NCBI GenBank assembly: GCA_963735235.1
Contig: CAVTKD010000003.1
Span: 4,441-68,440, forward strand
Reading direction: 5' to 3'
DNA length: 64,000 nt
From: an uncultured Solirubrobacterales bacterium
Lineage (GTDB): Bacteria; Actinomycetota; Thermoleophilia; Solirubrobacterales; 70-9
This document shows, piece after piece, positions 33,302 through 42,125 of this stretch. The notes below the pieces were generated by a model that had not been told where the DNA came from, searched no databases, and worked only from the letters and a program-made list of their open reading frames with translations. Positions within the stretch are counted from its first letter, which is position 1, and every line of letters begins with the position of its first letter. Both the position numbers and the translations under genes were made by a program.

Positions 33302-34600
33302 ATGGTGAGCGGACTGGCGGCGCGCAACGGGGGCCGGGCGGGCCTCGTCGCCCTGGTCGCGATCCTCCTGCTCGGCCTCGGCCTCCGCCTCGACTACGCC
33401 TGGGAGGGGCGGGCGCCGGTCTACGACGCCGGCGCCTACGCGGCGATCGCCGCCAACCTCGACCGGGGCCACGGCTTCACCGCCGGCAGCGGCGCCACCC
33501 AGCCCTCCAGCAACTACTCCCCCGGACTGCCCCTCCTCACCGCCGGCATCTACAAGCTCAGCGGCGGCGCCCACGAACGCCTCGCCCGTTTGCTGCTGGC
33601 CGCGATCGGCGCCCTCGCCGTCCTCTTCGCCTACCTGATCGCCCGCCGCCTCTCCGGCCCTCCCGCCGGCTTGGTCGGAGCCGCCGCCGTGGCGATCTAT
33701 CCCGCCCTCCTGGAGTACCAGGGCATGCTGATGAGCGAGCCCCTGGCGGCGACCCTGCTCTCGGCATCCGTCCTTTCGATCCTCTGGGCCGGCGACGGGC
33801 CTTTCCGCGCCCGCTGGCTCGTCCCCGGCCTTCTGCTCGGCGCCACCGCCATGGTCCGCCCCGAGTACCTGGCCGTCGCCTTCCTGCTGGCGCTGCTGGT
33901 CTTCGCCCGCGGCGCTCGCGCCGGATGGAAGCGCTCGCTCGCCCAGGCGGCGATCCTGGCGGCCGGCGTCGTCCTCGTCGTCGCCCCCTGGACGGTCCGC
34001 AACGCCGAGGCGCTCGGCCGCTTCGTGCCGATCTCGACCGGCGGCGGCCAGGTCCTCTTCGCCGGCACCTATCTGCCCTCCAACGGCAATCCCGAAGAGG
34101 TCGGCGCCGAGGTCGTCGCCCGCCACCCCGGGATCTTCAGCCCCGCCGACGCGCGCCGGCTGCGCCTCGAGCAGATCCTCGCGAGGCTCGCCGCGAGGCG
34201 CTACCCGGGCCTCGAAAGCGACCAGGCGCTCTCGCGGATGGGCAAGCGGCAGCTCTGGGACGACGTCAGCGAAGAGCCGCTCGAATACGCCGGCTTCGTC
34301 GCCGCCAAGGTCGGCCGGATCTGGTCGCACGGCCCGCGCAGCGTCATGCGCGAGCCGCTCTGGGAGGCGCTGCACTGGGCGCTTCTCGTCTTTGGACTGC
34401 TCGGCCTCGGCGTCCTCGCCTGGCGCCGCCGCTGGGAGGCGCTGGTGATCGGCACGGTCCTCCTGGCAATAACCGCGATCAGCGCCCTGCTGGTCGCCTC
34501 GCCACGGCGGGTCCTGGTGATGCTGCCGCTGCTGGCCGCCCTGGCCGGCGTCGGCGTCACCTGGGCATGGATCACGGCGCTGGAGCGTGGAGCGCGATGA
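33302..34600 (+). CDS. GT-C fold membrane glycosyltransferase (ArnT/PMT_2-like)
   Basis: 432 aa and polytopic. An early loop with YDAGAYAAIAANL..GHGF is followed by YSPGLPLL. It is a paralogue of the next gene. Confidence 0.72.
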   Translation: MVSGLAARNGGRAGLVALVAILLLGLGLRLDYAWEGRAPVYDAGAYAAIAANLDRGHGFTAGSGATQPSSNYSPGLPLLTAGIYKLSGGAHERLARLLLAAIGALAVLFAYLIARRLSGPPAGLVGAAAVAIYPALLEYQGMLMSEPLAATLLSASVLSILWAGDGPFRARWLVPGLLLGATAMVRPEYLAVAFLLALLVFARGARAGWKRSLAQAAILAAGVVLVVAPWTVRNAEALGRFVPISTGGGQVLFAGTYLPSNGNPEEVGAEVVARHPGIFSPADARRLRLEQILARLAARRYPGLESDQALSRMGKRQLWDDVSEEPLEYAGFVAAKVGRIWSHGPRSVMREPLWEALHWALLVFGLLGLGVLAWRRRWEALVIGTVLLAITAISALLVASPRRVLVMLPLLAALAGVGVTWAWITALERGAR

Positions 34601-34633
34601 CCCCTCCCCGCCCCCGGATAGCCTGATCTCGCC

Positions 34634-35989
34634 TTGACCGCCGCCGCCAACTGGATCCGCGCCCTCCCTCGACGCCACGGCCGCAAGACGCTGATCCTGC
34701 TGGCGCTGATCGCCCTGCTCGGGCTCGGCGTGCGCGCCTACGCCGTCGCCCGGCCGGTCGCCAACCCGGCCGACGACTCGCACGCCTACTACGCGCTCTC
34801 CAAGGCTCTCTATGAGGAAGGGAGCTTTGGCGGTCCGAGCTTCCACGACTCCAGCGATTGGTCGCCTGGCGCGCCGCTGCTCTACGCCGCCGCCTTCTAC
34901 GCCACCGGCGGGCCCCGCGAAGGCACCGCCCGGATCGTCGAGGCGCTGCTCGGCGTCGCCGCGATCCTCGTCGTCTTCCTGCTCGGTGAGCGGCTCGGCG
35001 GCCGCTGGGTGGGATTGATGGCCGCCTTCGCGGTCGCCGTCTACCCGCCGTTCATCCACTCCACCGGCGAGCTGATGAGCGAGCCACCGGCGATCCTGAC
35101 CCTGCCCGCGGCGGTGCTCGCCTTCCTCTGGGCGAGCGAACGGGAGCGGCTGCGGGCCTGGCTGCTGCCGGGCTTCCTCTTCGGGCTGACGGCGATGTTC
35201 CGGCCCGAGTACCTGCTGGTCGGCATCGCCTTCGTGGTCCTGGCGGCGATCCGGGTGGGCATGGCCCGTGGTTGGAAGCCGGGGCTGGCCGGGGCGGGCC
35301 TGCTGGTCGCGGCGCTGTTGCTGCCGATCGTGCCCTGGACGATCCGCAACATCGATGTGCTCGGCCGCGTGGTGCCGATCTCGACCGGCAGCGGCAAGGC
35401 GCTCTACGTCGGCACCTTCCTGCCCGCCGACGGCGAATACCAGCGGGTCAAGGCGCTGCTCTACGAGCGCTACGAACACATCGACCTGCCGCCTAACTCC
35501 GAAGCGCTCGACGAAGTCGACCCGACGCCGCTCTTCAACCGCGTCGCCGCCCGCTATCCGGAACTGCCGCGCGACTCCGCCCTCGGCAAGATCGGCAAGC
35601 AGAACTTCTCCAGGTACTTCGGCGAAAACCCTGGGGGCTACCTGGCGATGACCGCGCGCAAGGTCGGCCGGATGTGGAGCAGCGGCGTCGGCGCGGCGAT
35701 GGGCAGCGGCCCCGGGCGGGCGATCCAGATCCTCCTGGTCGCGCTCGGGCTGGCCGGGCTGGCCCTGCTCGGGCGGCGCGGATCGTGGTGGGAGCTGGTC
35801 GCGCTGGCGACCCCGGTCGCCCTGGTAACCGCCGTCGGCGCCGCCTCCCTGGCCGCGCCCCGCCGCAACGAGGTGCTGATGACGCTGGTCTTTCCGCTCG
35901 CCGCCCTGACCCTCTCACGGGGTGCGGCGGCCCTATCCTCTGCCGGCCGATGGCCATCCCCCAAGCAGGCATCTTCCCCGCCGAACTGA
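34634..35989 (+). CDS. GT-C fold membrane glycosyltransferase (ArnT/PMT_2-like), paralogue of 33302..34600
   Basis: 451 aa. The TTG start is as given in the track. It has ADDSHAYYALSKAL, WSPGAPLLYAA and AVYPPFIHSTGELMSEPP, parallel to AIYPALLEYQGMLMSEPL in the paralogue. Confidence 0.72.
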   Translation: MTAAANWIRALPRRHGRKTLILLALIALLGLGVRAYAVARPVANPADDSHAYYALSKALYEEGSFGGPSFHDSSDWSPGAPLLYAAAFYATGGPREGTARIVEALLGVAAILVVFLLGERLGGRWVGLMAAFAVAVYPPFIHSTGELMSEPPAILTLPAAVLAFLWASERERLRAWLLPGFLFGLTAMFRPEYLLVGIAFVVLAAIRVGMARGWKPGLAGAGLLVAALLLPIVPWTIRNIDVLGRVVPISTGSGKALYVGTFLPADGEYQRVKALLYERYEHIDLPPNSEALDEVDPTPLFNRVAARYPELPRDSALGKIGKQNFSRYFGENPGGYLAMTARKVGRMWSSGVGAAMGSGPGRAIQILLVALGLAGLALLGRRGSWWELVALATPVALVTAVGAASLAAPRRNEVLMTLVFPLAALTLSRGAAALSSAGRWPSPKQASSPPN

Positions 35990-37020
35990 CCGCGCTGCGC
36001 AGCGCCGGTCTGCTGATCGGCGTCGCGCTCGCCGTATACGCGGTCCTGCGGCGGCGCTCGCTGCGCAACGTCGACGTCCTCATCCTGCTCGTCGCCGGGC
36101 TCGGCCTGATCCTGGTCTCCGGCACCGAAATCACCGACAGGCTGCTCTCCGCCTTCTCCTTCCAGAAGGGCAACGGCGGCCGCATCCTCGGTCTCGCCGT
36201 CTTCGCCATCTTCATCCTCTTCGGGCTGGTCCTGCGGGCGCTCTCGCAGGCCTCGCGCAACTCGCGCCAGCTCTCGGCGGCGCTCGAGGGGCTGGCCTGG
36301 GAGGAGTTCCGCCAGGCGGGCCTGCCGGAGCGCTTCCGCGACCGGATCGCGATCCTCGTCCCCGCCTACAACGAGGCCGAGAACATCGGCCACGTGCTCG
36401 AACAGATGCCGGCCGAGGTCTGCGGCGTCGCGACCGAGACGCTGATCGTCGACGACGGCTCCCGCGACGGCACCGGCGACGTCGCCGCCGGACACGGTGC
36501 CGCCGTCGCCCGCCACGTCGCCAACCGCGGCGGCGGCGCCGCCCTGCGCACCGGCTACCGGCTGATGGTCGAATCCGGCGCCGAGATCGTCGTCACCCTC
36601 GACGCCGACGGCCAGCATTTGCCCTCGGAGATGGAGCGCCTGGTCAAGCCCGTCATCGACGGCGAGGTCGATGTCGCCCACGGCTCCCGCGTGCTCGGCC
36701 ACGCCGACCGCAACCACTTCGCCCGCGAGCTCGGCATCGTCTTCTTCAACCGCCTCGTCTCCCTGATCACCCGCACCCACGTCACCGACTGCTCCAACGG
36801 CTACCGCGCCGTCCGCACCACCGTCCTCCCCCAGCTGGTCCTGCGCCAGGAGCAGTTCCACACCTCCGAGTTCATGATCGAGGCGATCAAGCGGGGGATC
36901 CCCGCCAAGGAGGTGCCGATCACGGTCGAACAGCGGCTGCACGGGCACTCGAAGAAGCCGGCGGTGTTTCGCTACGGGGTGGGTTTCGCGAACGCGATAG
37001 TGAGAACCTGGCTGCGGTAG
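35950..37020 (+). CDS. Membrane-anchored GT2 glycosyltransferase (polyprenyl-phosphate sugar synthase-like, DPM1/GtrB/ArnC type)
   Basis: Trimmed to MAIPQAGIF (ATG 35950). About 4 N-terminal TM helices are followed by the GT-A core ILVPAYNEAENIG, IVDDGSRDGT, TLDADGQH. Confidence 0.8.
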   Translation: MAIPQAGIFPAELTALRSAGLLIGVALAVYAVLRRRSLRNVDVLILLVAGLGLILVSGTEITDRLLSAFSFQKGNGGRILGLAVFAIFILFGLVLRALSQASRNSRQLSAALEGLAWEEFRQAGLPERFRDRIAILVPAYNEAENIGHVLEQMPAEVCGVATETLIVDDGSRDGTGDVAAGHGAAVARHVANRGGGAALRTGYRLMVESGAEIVVTLDADGQHLPSEMERLVKPVIDGEVDVAHGSRVLGHADRNHFARELGIVFFNRLVSLITRTHVTDCSNGYRAVRTTVLPQLVLRQEQFHTSEFMIEAIKRGIPAKEVPITVEQRLHGHSKKPAVFRYGVGFANAIVRTWLR

Positions 37021-37401
37021 GCCACCGGCGCACCGCGCCGGCTCCCGCCAACGAGGAAAAGCCCACCCCGTTGTGTCTGCCCGCGTACCCTCGGCCGTCC
37101 CGGCGATCTAGGAGGGCTTCGCGAAACGGCTAGCGAAACGCTTGCCCTCATCGTTTGAGTCGATCTAAGTTCGCCGGGACCAGACAGCAAATGGCTCCGG
37201 CGAGCGGTGGAACGCTACCGGGGCTGTGACACCAGGAGATAGGTCCTGATGCACGGCAACCGTAGCGATGACGCTCGCACTCAGCGAGCGGTTCTAAGCA
37301 CGCTAAACCGCTCTACAGAGCGAGATTGGCATACTTTTCCCCGAAGATTGGGTATTAACAGACAACGTCTTAGGTTCGGCTAAACTAAAAGGATTCCTGT
37401 T

Positions 37402-38652
37402 ATGACCCAAACTTTGGGAAAGAATCCGTTCCGACCTGGCGTCGGGACCAGGCCGCTCCACCTGGCTGGCCGCGACCAGCCCATGAAGCGATTTGAAGCG
37501 ATGCTTCGAGCGGCCCCAGAGCAGCCCGCGAATATGCGGTTGACGGGACTTCGAGGCGTCGGCAAGACGGTTCTCCTCGGGGAGTTCCAGGCGATAGCCG
37601 AGAGGAGCGATTGGGCTAGCGCCGTTCTTGAGTTTCAGCCGGGCCACAACCGCGAGGACTCGATGGTCAGCACCTTGCTGAACATCGCCCAAGACTCCAA
37701 GCTCCGACTCTCGCGAGTTGAGCGACTTAAGAAAGCAGTCGGTGGGGCTGTCAGAAGTGCGGGAACGCTCGGAGTGGGCTGGAACGAATTTCAGGTCACC
37801 TATGACCCGATGGCCGAGCAACATCGCGAAGACATCACCAAAGCCCTCTTTGAGGTTGTCGAGATGGCAGTCGAGAAGGGACGAACCGGGTTCGTGCTCC
37901 TGCTCGATGAGGCTCAGGTCGTTCGCGACGAGACGAAACGGATGGGCGAGCATCCGCTCTCGCTTCTGATCTCCTCAATCGTCGCCTTACAGCGAAGGGA
38001 AATCCCACTCGGATTGGTGCTCTGTGGACTGCCAACTCTCACCGGGAATTTGCTTAGAGCTCGCTCCTACACCGAGCGGATGTTCAGGGGGGAGGAGATT
38101 GCCAATCTGGGGGAGAACGACGCAAGGGAGGCGTTCGAGTTACCCATCGCTGACGCGGATGCCGATGTCTCGGCAGACTCGGACTTGGTCGCTAAAGTCA
38201 TCGACGAGGTTGAGGGCTATCCCTACTTCATCCAGCTTTGGGGGGCCGAGCTTTGGGACGCTGCCGAGATCGCCGAAGTCAGCCATCTGACCACTGACCT
38301 TCTCGATGTCGCCCGCCCTGACATCTATCGCCGTCTGGATCTCGACTTCTACAACCCCCGCGTCGAAACCCTGACGCCCGCAGAGCAGGACGTGCTGCTC
38401 GGAACGGCCGACGCTGAGTATCCGCCGCTGGTCGTGGCAAAGCTCAACGACGCGATTAATAAGACCCCCGCCAATGTCAACGTTCTGCTGGGACGACTGG
38501 TGGATGCAGGGGTTCTATACCGCCTCCGCAAGGGCGAGTACGACTACACTGCCCCCCGGTTTCGCGATTACCTTCTGCGACGGGCTCAAGCCAGTCGCAC
38601 CAAGGAAACGACTGCCGTCGATCCCCCGGTAATCGAAGAACCCCTTTTCTAG
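37402..38652 (+). CDS. AAA+ ATPase of the archaeal-ATPase/Orc1-like type with a C-terminal winged-helix domain
   Basis: 416 aa. NPFRPGVGTRPLHLAGRD is followed by Walker A GLRGVGKT, Walker B VLLLDEAQ, and a C-terminal wHTH-like LLGRLVDAGVLYRLRKGEYDY. G+C is clearly lower than in the flanks. Confidence 0.75.
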   Translation: MTQTLGKNPFRPGVGTRPLHLAGRDQPMKRFEAMLRAAPEQPANMRLTGLRGVGKTVLLGEFQAIAERSDWASAVLEFQPGHNREDSMVSTLLNIAQDSKLRLSRVERLKKAVGGAVRSAGTLGVGWNEFQVTYDPMAEQHREDITKALFEVVEMAVEKGRTGFVLLLDEAQVVRDETKRMGEHPLSLLISSIVALQRREIPLGLVLCGLPTLTGNLLRARSYTERMFRGEEIANLGENDAREAFELPIADADADVSADSDLVAKVIDEVEGYPYFIQLWGAELWDAAEIAEVSHLTTDLLDVARPDIYRRLDLDFYNPRVETLTPAEQDVLLGTADAEYPPLVVAKLNDAINKTPANVNVLLGRLVDAGVLYRLRKGEYDYTAPRFRDYLLRRAQASRTKETTAVDPPVIEEPLF

Positions 38653-38750
38653 GGAAGCCGAGCCACGGGGGTAGCTCTCACCCCAAACCGAGGTATCGAC
38701 AATTCAGCGACCCCGGCTAACCCGCCCCCAGGGCGAGCTGCCGAGTTTCG

Positions 38751-39068
38751 CTAGACCCTCCTAGGTCCATTGGAAGGGCCTCTACGCACCCCCGGGTGCC
38801 GCACGGCCGCCGGATCCGGGAGATAGAGGTCAGTCCCGCATCTGGGGCAGACCTGCACGTAGAGCTTGAGCTCCTTGTGGCACTTGGGGCACTGGCGTTC
38901 CGGTTCGTTCTTCTCGACCCGGTAGAGGACGACGGCGACGAGGCCGAGGAGGGGCAGGACCGCCCCGACGATGAACCAGATCCAGAACGAGCTGCCCTTG
39001 CTCTTGCCGATGATGGCGGTGGCGAGGCCGAAGAAGAAGATGATGAGCAGGTATTCCACGCCCCGCAT
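38751..39068 (-). CDS. Small membrane protein with a C-terminal zinc-ribbon (CPxC...CPxC)
   Basis: Trimmed to MRGVEYLLIIFFFGLATAIIG. It has two TM helices, then CPKCHKELKLYVQVCPRCG. Confidence 0.55.
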   Translation of the reverse strand: MRGVEYLLIIFFFGLATAIIGKSKGSSFWIWFIVGAVLPLLGLVAVVLYRVEKNEPERQCPKCHKELKLYVQVCPRCGTDLYLPDPAAVRHPGVRRGPSNGPRRV

Positions 39069-39175
39069 TGTTGCGGTTTGGCGCATGGGTCTTACGTCCA
39101 GCGGCGCGCCAGGGCCTCAAGCCGGCCCGCCGGGCACCGACAAACGGTGCAGCGGCCCGTTCGGGCTGCTCGCGC

Positions 39176-40762
39176 ATGGCGATTCCTCAGGCGACAGCGA
39201 GCAGGACCAGGCCCAAGCGGCATCCCCGTAAGCACCGGCACGTCTGGAAGGACAAGCACTACCGCTGGGTCCCCGACGGCGAAGAAGGCTGGCGGGTCCA
39301 GGGCTACGCCTTCCGCCACAAGCACAAGCCGCCGAAGCACCACTTTCGCGGGCCCGGGCCGAAGCCGCCGCCACGGGCCAAGCACGCGATGGCCCCCATC
39401 GTCAGCACCGATCCCCGGCCGGCCGGCGCCTACCAGGGGCCGTTCGGCCGCCCGCAGGCGGTGCGGCTGCTGGAACGGGCCGGCTTCGGCGCCGTGCCTG
39501 GGCAGGCCGAGCAGCTGGTTTCCCTGGGCCTGGTCGGCGCGGTCCAGTCGCTGACCCGGCCCAGCGGCGCCGCGACGCTGACCGGGGCGCCGCCGGTCGA
39601 CGACGACGGCCACCCGATCGCCCCCGCCGACGCCTGGGGACACGATCACCTCTGGTGGCTGGACCGGATGGTCAGAAGCGACCAGCCGCTGGTCGAGCGG
39701 ATGGCGCTGGTCTTCCACGACTGGTTCGCGACCTCCAACGCCGGGGTCTCCAAGCAGCAACAGATGATCAACCAGTCCAACCTCTTCCGCTCCGCCTGCT
39801 TCGGCTCCTTCCTCGACCTCTTCAAGGCGGTGACGATCGACCCGGCGATGCTGCAGTGGCTGAACGGCAACGCCAACAACAAGTACGCGCCGAACGAGAA
39901 CTACGGCCGCGAGATGATGGAGCTGTTCTCGCTCGGCGCCGACCGCGGCGCCTACACGGAGGACGACATCCGCGAACAGGCCCGCTCGCTGACCGGATGG
40001 GTCAACGACTGGTCGGGCGAGCAGGGCGCCTACAACTTCAGGTTCGACTCGAGCTACCACGACTACGGCCGGAAGACCGTCTTCGGCCAGGCCGGCAACT
40101 GGGGCTGGGAAGACGCCTGCCGGCTCTGCGTCGAGAACCCGCTCCACCCCTCCTTCTTCGTCGACAAGCTCTGGAGCTACTTCATCCCCACGCCCGCTCC
40201 CAGCGCGGTCCGGGAAGGGCTGATGAGCACCTACCGCGGCTCCGGCTGGGCGATCCGCCCGGTGCTGGAGACGATCCTGCTCAGCCCCGACCTCTACGAA
40301 GGGCCGCCGATGGTGAAGCCGCCCGTGGTCCACCTCGCCGGCATGCTGCGCTCGCTCGGGCGCCAGATCGACACCACGGCCTGGGCCTGGCTCTGCGAAC
40401 CGGCCGGGCAACTGCTCTTCTGGCCGCCCAACGTCTCCGGCTGGGACGACACGCGCTGGCTCGACACCTCGCGGATGCGGGCGCGCTGGAACATCGTCGA
40501 CTACGCCCTCGCCAACATCTCCGTCGACGCCTGGGGCGACCCCTACAGCGCCGCCGAGACGGCCGACGAAGCCCTGGCCCGGGCGCTGGCCTCGTGGGGC
40601 TCGCCGGCGCTGCGCGAAGAACACCGGGCGGAGCTGCTCGACTTCTCGCGCCGGGCGGAGCAGCTGGTCGCCGCCGACTGGCAGCAGGGGCCCTACCGGG
40701 CGATGCGCCAGAACGCCCTGCTGCAGCTGATCGGCATCAGCCCCGACCTGATCCTGCAATGA
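39176..40762 (+). CDS. DUF1800-family protein
   Basis: The start is set at MAIPQATASR (uncertain). Characteristic region: ERMALVFHDWFATS, MLQWLNGNANNKYAPNENYGREMMELFSLG, ARSLTGW. Confidence 0.75.
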   Translation: MAIPQATASRTRPKRHPRKHRHVWKDKHYRWVPDGEEGWRVQGYAFRHKHKPPKHHFRGPGPKPPPRAKHAMAPIVSTDPRPAGAYQGPFGRPQAVRLLERAGFGAVPGQAEQLVSLGLVGAVQSLTRPSGAATLTGAPPVDDDGHPIAPADAWGHDHLWWLDRMVRSDQPLVERMALVFHDWFATSNAGVSKQQQMINQSNLFRSACFGSFLDLFKAVTIDPAMLQWLNGNANNKYAPNENYGREMMELFSLGADRGAYTEDDIREQARSLTGWVNDWSGEQGAYNFRFDSSYHDYGRKTVFGQAGNWGWEDACRLCVENPLHPSFFVDKLWSYFIPTPAPSAVREGLMSTYRGSGWAIRPVLETILLSPDLYEGPPMVKPPVVHLAGMLRSLGRQIDTTAWAWLCEPAGQLLFWPPNVSGWDDTRWLDTSRMRARWNIVDYALANISVDAWGDPYSAAETADEALARALASWGSPALREEHRAELLDFSRRAEQLVAADWQQGPYRAMRQNALLQLIGISPDLILQ

Positions 40763-40775
40763 GCGCGAGCTGACC

Positions 40776-42125
40776 ATGGACAACTGCTGCAACGACTACA
40801 CCCGCTCCCAGCTGCTGCGCTCGGCCGCGGCCGAGGCCGGCAAGGGGCTGCCGATCATCGAGCCGGGGATGCCCGAGCCGGCCGGGACCGGGCTCTCGCG
40901 GCGGCGCTTCCTCTCGCGCAGCGCCGGCCTCGCGCTCGCCGTCTACGGCGCCTCGAAGATCCCGCTCTCGGCCTTCGAGACCGGAATCGCCCAGGCCGCC
41001 TCCTCCGACAAGATCCTCATCTCAGTCTTCTTCGACGGCGGCATCGACGCGCTCAGCGTGCTGGCCCCGGTCGGCGACCCCAGGTACGCGCAGCTGCGCC
41101 CGAACCTCGCCCTCGACCCGGGCGCCGGCACCCCGTTCAGCGAGGACACGCGGCTGCACTGGCACCCGGCGGCCACGGCGCTGGCGACCCTGCACGAAGA
41201 GGGCAAGGTCAGCGCCTTCCCGGCAATCGGCTACGACCATCCCGACCAGTCGCACTTCACCTCGCGCCATTACTACGAGATCGGCGAGCTCGACGTCGGC
41301 TTCCGGACCGGCTGGCTGGGCCGCTACATCGACGCCGTCGGCGATGAGGAAAACCCGCTCCAGGGCCTCTCGATGGACGGCTCGCTCTCGCCGATGATCG
41401 CGACCGCCGAAAAGCCGGTGGCGGCGATCGACAGCGTCGATGGCTACGACCTCTGGTCGCCGGTCAGCGACCCGGTTGAGAGCGAGATGCTCCACAGCTT
41501 CACCCGCTTCGGCACCCTGCCCTCCGACTCCCCCGGCCTCTCCCAGGTCCGCCGCGCCACCTCCCAGACCAGCAAGCTGCGCGACGAACTCGGCGGCATC
41601 GGCGACTTCTCCAGCCCGGTGACCTATCCCAAAACCGAGTTCGCCCACAAGCTCGCCGGGCTCGCCGCCTACGTCAACTTCGGCCTGCCGATGCGGGTCG
41701 TGACGGTCCGCGCCGCCGGCGGCTACGACACCCACGCCGGCCAGGCCCCCGACCTCGAAGCGGGCCTGCGCGAAACCTGCGAGGGGCTGCTCGCCTTCCA
41801 GCGCGACCTCGAGGCGCGCGGCCTCGCCGACCGGGTGCTGATCGAGATGTGGAGCGAGTTCGGGCGGCGGCCAGAGGAGAACGGCTCGCTCGGCACCGAC
41901 CACGGCGCCGCCGGCTGCGCCTTCGTGATCGGCTCCAAATCGAAGGGCGAGATGGTCGGCGAATTCCCCGGCCTGGCCAACCTCGACGACAACGAAAACC
42001 TGCGCGTAACCAGTGATTTCCGCGGTATGTACTGCTCGCTGCTCGAGCAGTGGCTCGGCCATGACGCCGCCTCGATCATCCCCGGCGCCTCCGGGTTCGC
42101 CCGGCCGACGCTGGTGGCGGCGTGA
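40776..42125 (+). CDS. DUF1501-family (sulfatase-fold-like) protein with a twin-arginine signal
   Basis: 449 aa. The Tat motif is SRRRFLSRSAGLALAV. Also present: GGIDALSVL, SHF, GGYDTHA, SEFGRRPEENGSLGTDHG. Confidence 0.8.
   Translation: MDNCCNDYTRSQLLRSAAAEAGKGLPIIEPGMPEPAGTGLSRRRFLSRSAGLALAVYGASKIPLSAFETGIAQAASSDKILISVFFDGGIDALSVLAPVGDPRYAQLRPNLALDPGAGTPFSEDTRLHWHPAATALATLHEEGKVSAFPAIGYDHPDQSHFTSRHYYEIGELDVGFRTGWLGRYIDAVGDEENPLQGLSMDGSLSPMIATAEKPVAAIDSVDGYDLWSPVSDPVESEMLHSFTRFGTLPSDSPGLSQVRRATSQTSKLRDELGGIGDFSSPVTYPKTEFAHKLAGLAAYVNFGLPMRVVTVRAAGGYDTHAGQAPDLEAGLRETCEGLLAFQRDLEARGLADRVLIEMWSEFGRRPEENGSLGTDHGAAGCAFVIGSKSKGEMVGEFPGLANLDDNENLRVTSDFRGMYCSLLEQWLGHDAASIIPGASGFARPTLVAA

Noticed and set aside
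33143-35479. 778-aa minus-strand ORF across both GT-C genes
   Set aside because: It is antisense to two well-formed polytopic membrane proteins. The translation is a monotonous run of R, G, E, D, A and Q with no domain signature.
37021-37401. Possible tRNA or small-RNA gene as an integration target in the non-coding stretch before the AAA+ ATPase
   Set aside because: There is no T-arm (GGTTCGAnTCC-like) box and no cloverleaf-compatible pairing. Only short ORFs are present.
37303-37953. 216-aa minus-strand ORF overlapping the start of the AAA+ ATPase gene
   Set aside because: It overlaps a gene with clear Walker A/B motifs on the other strand and has no motifs of its own.
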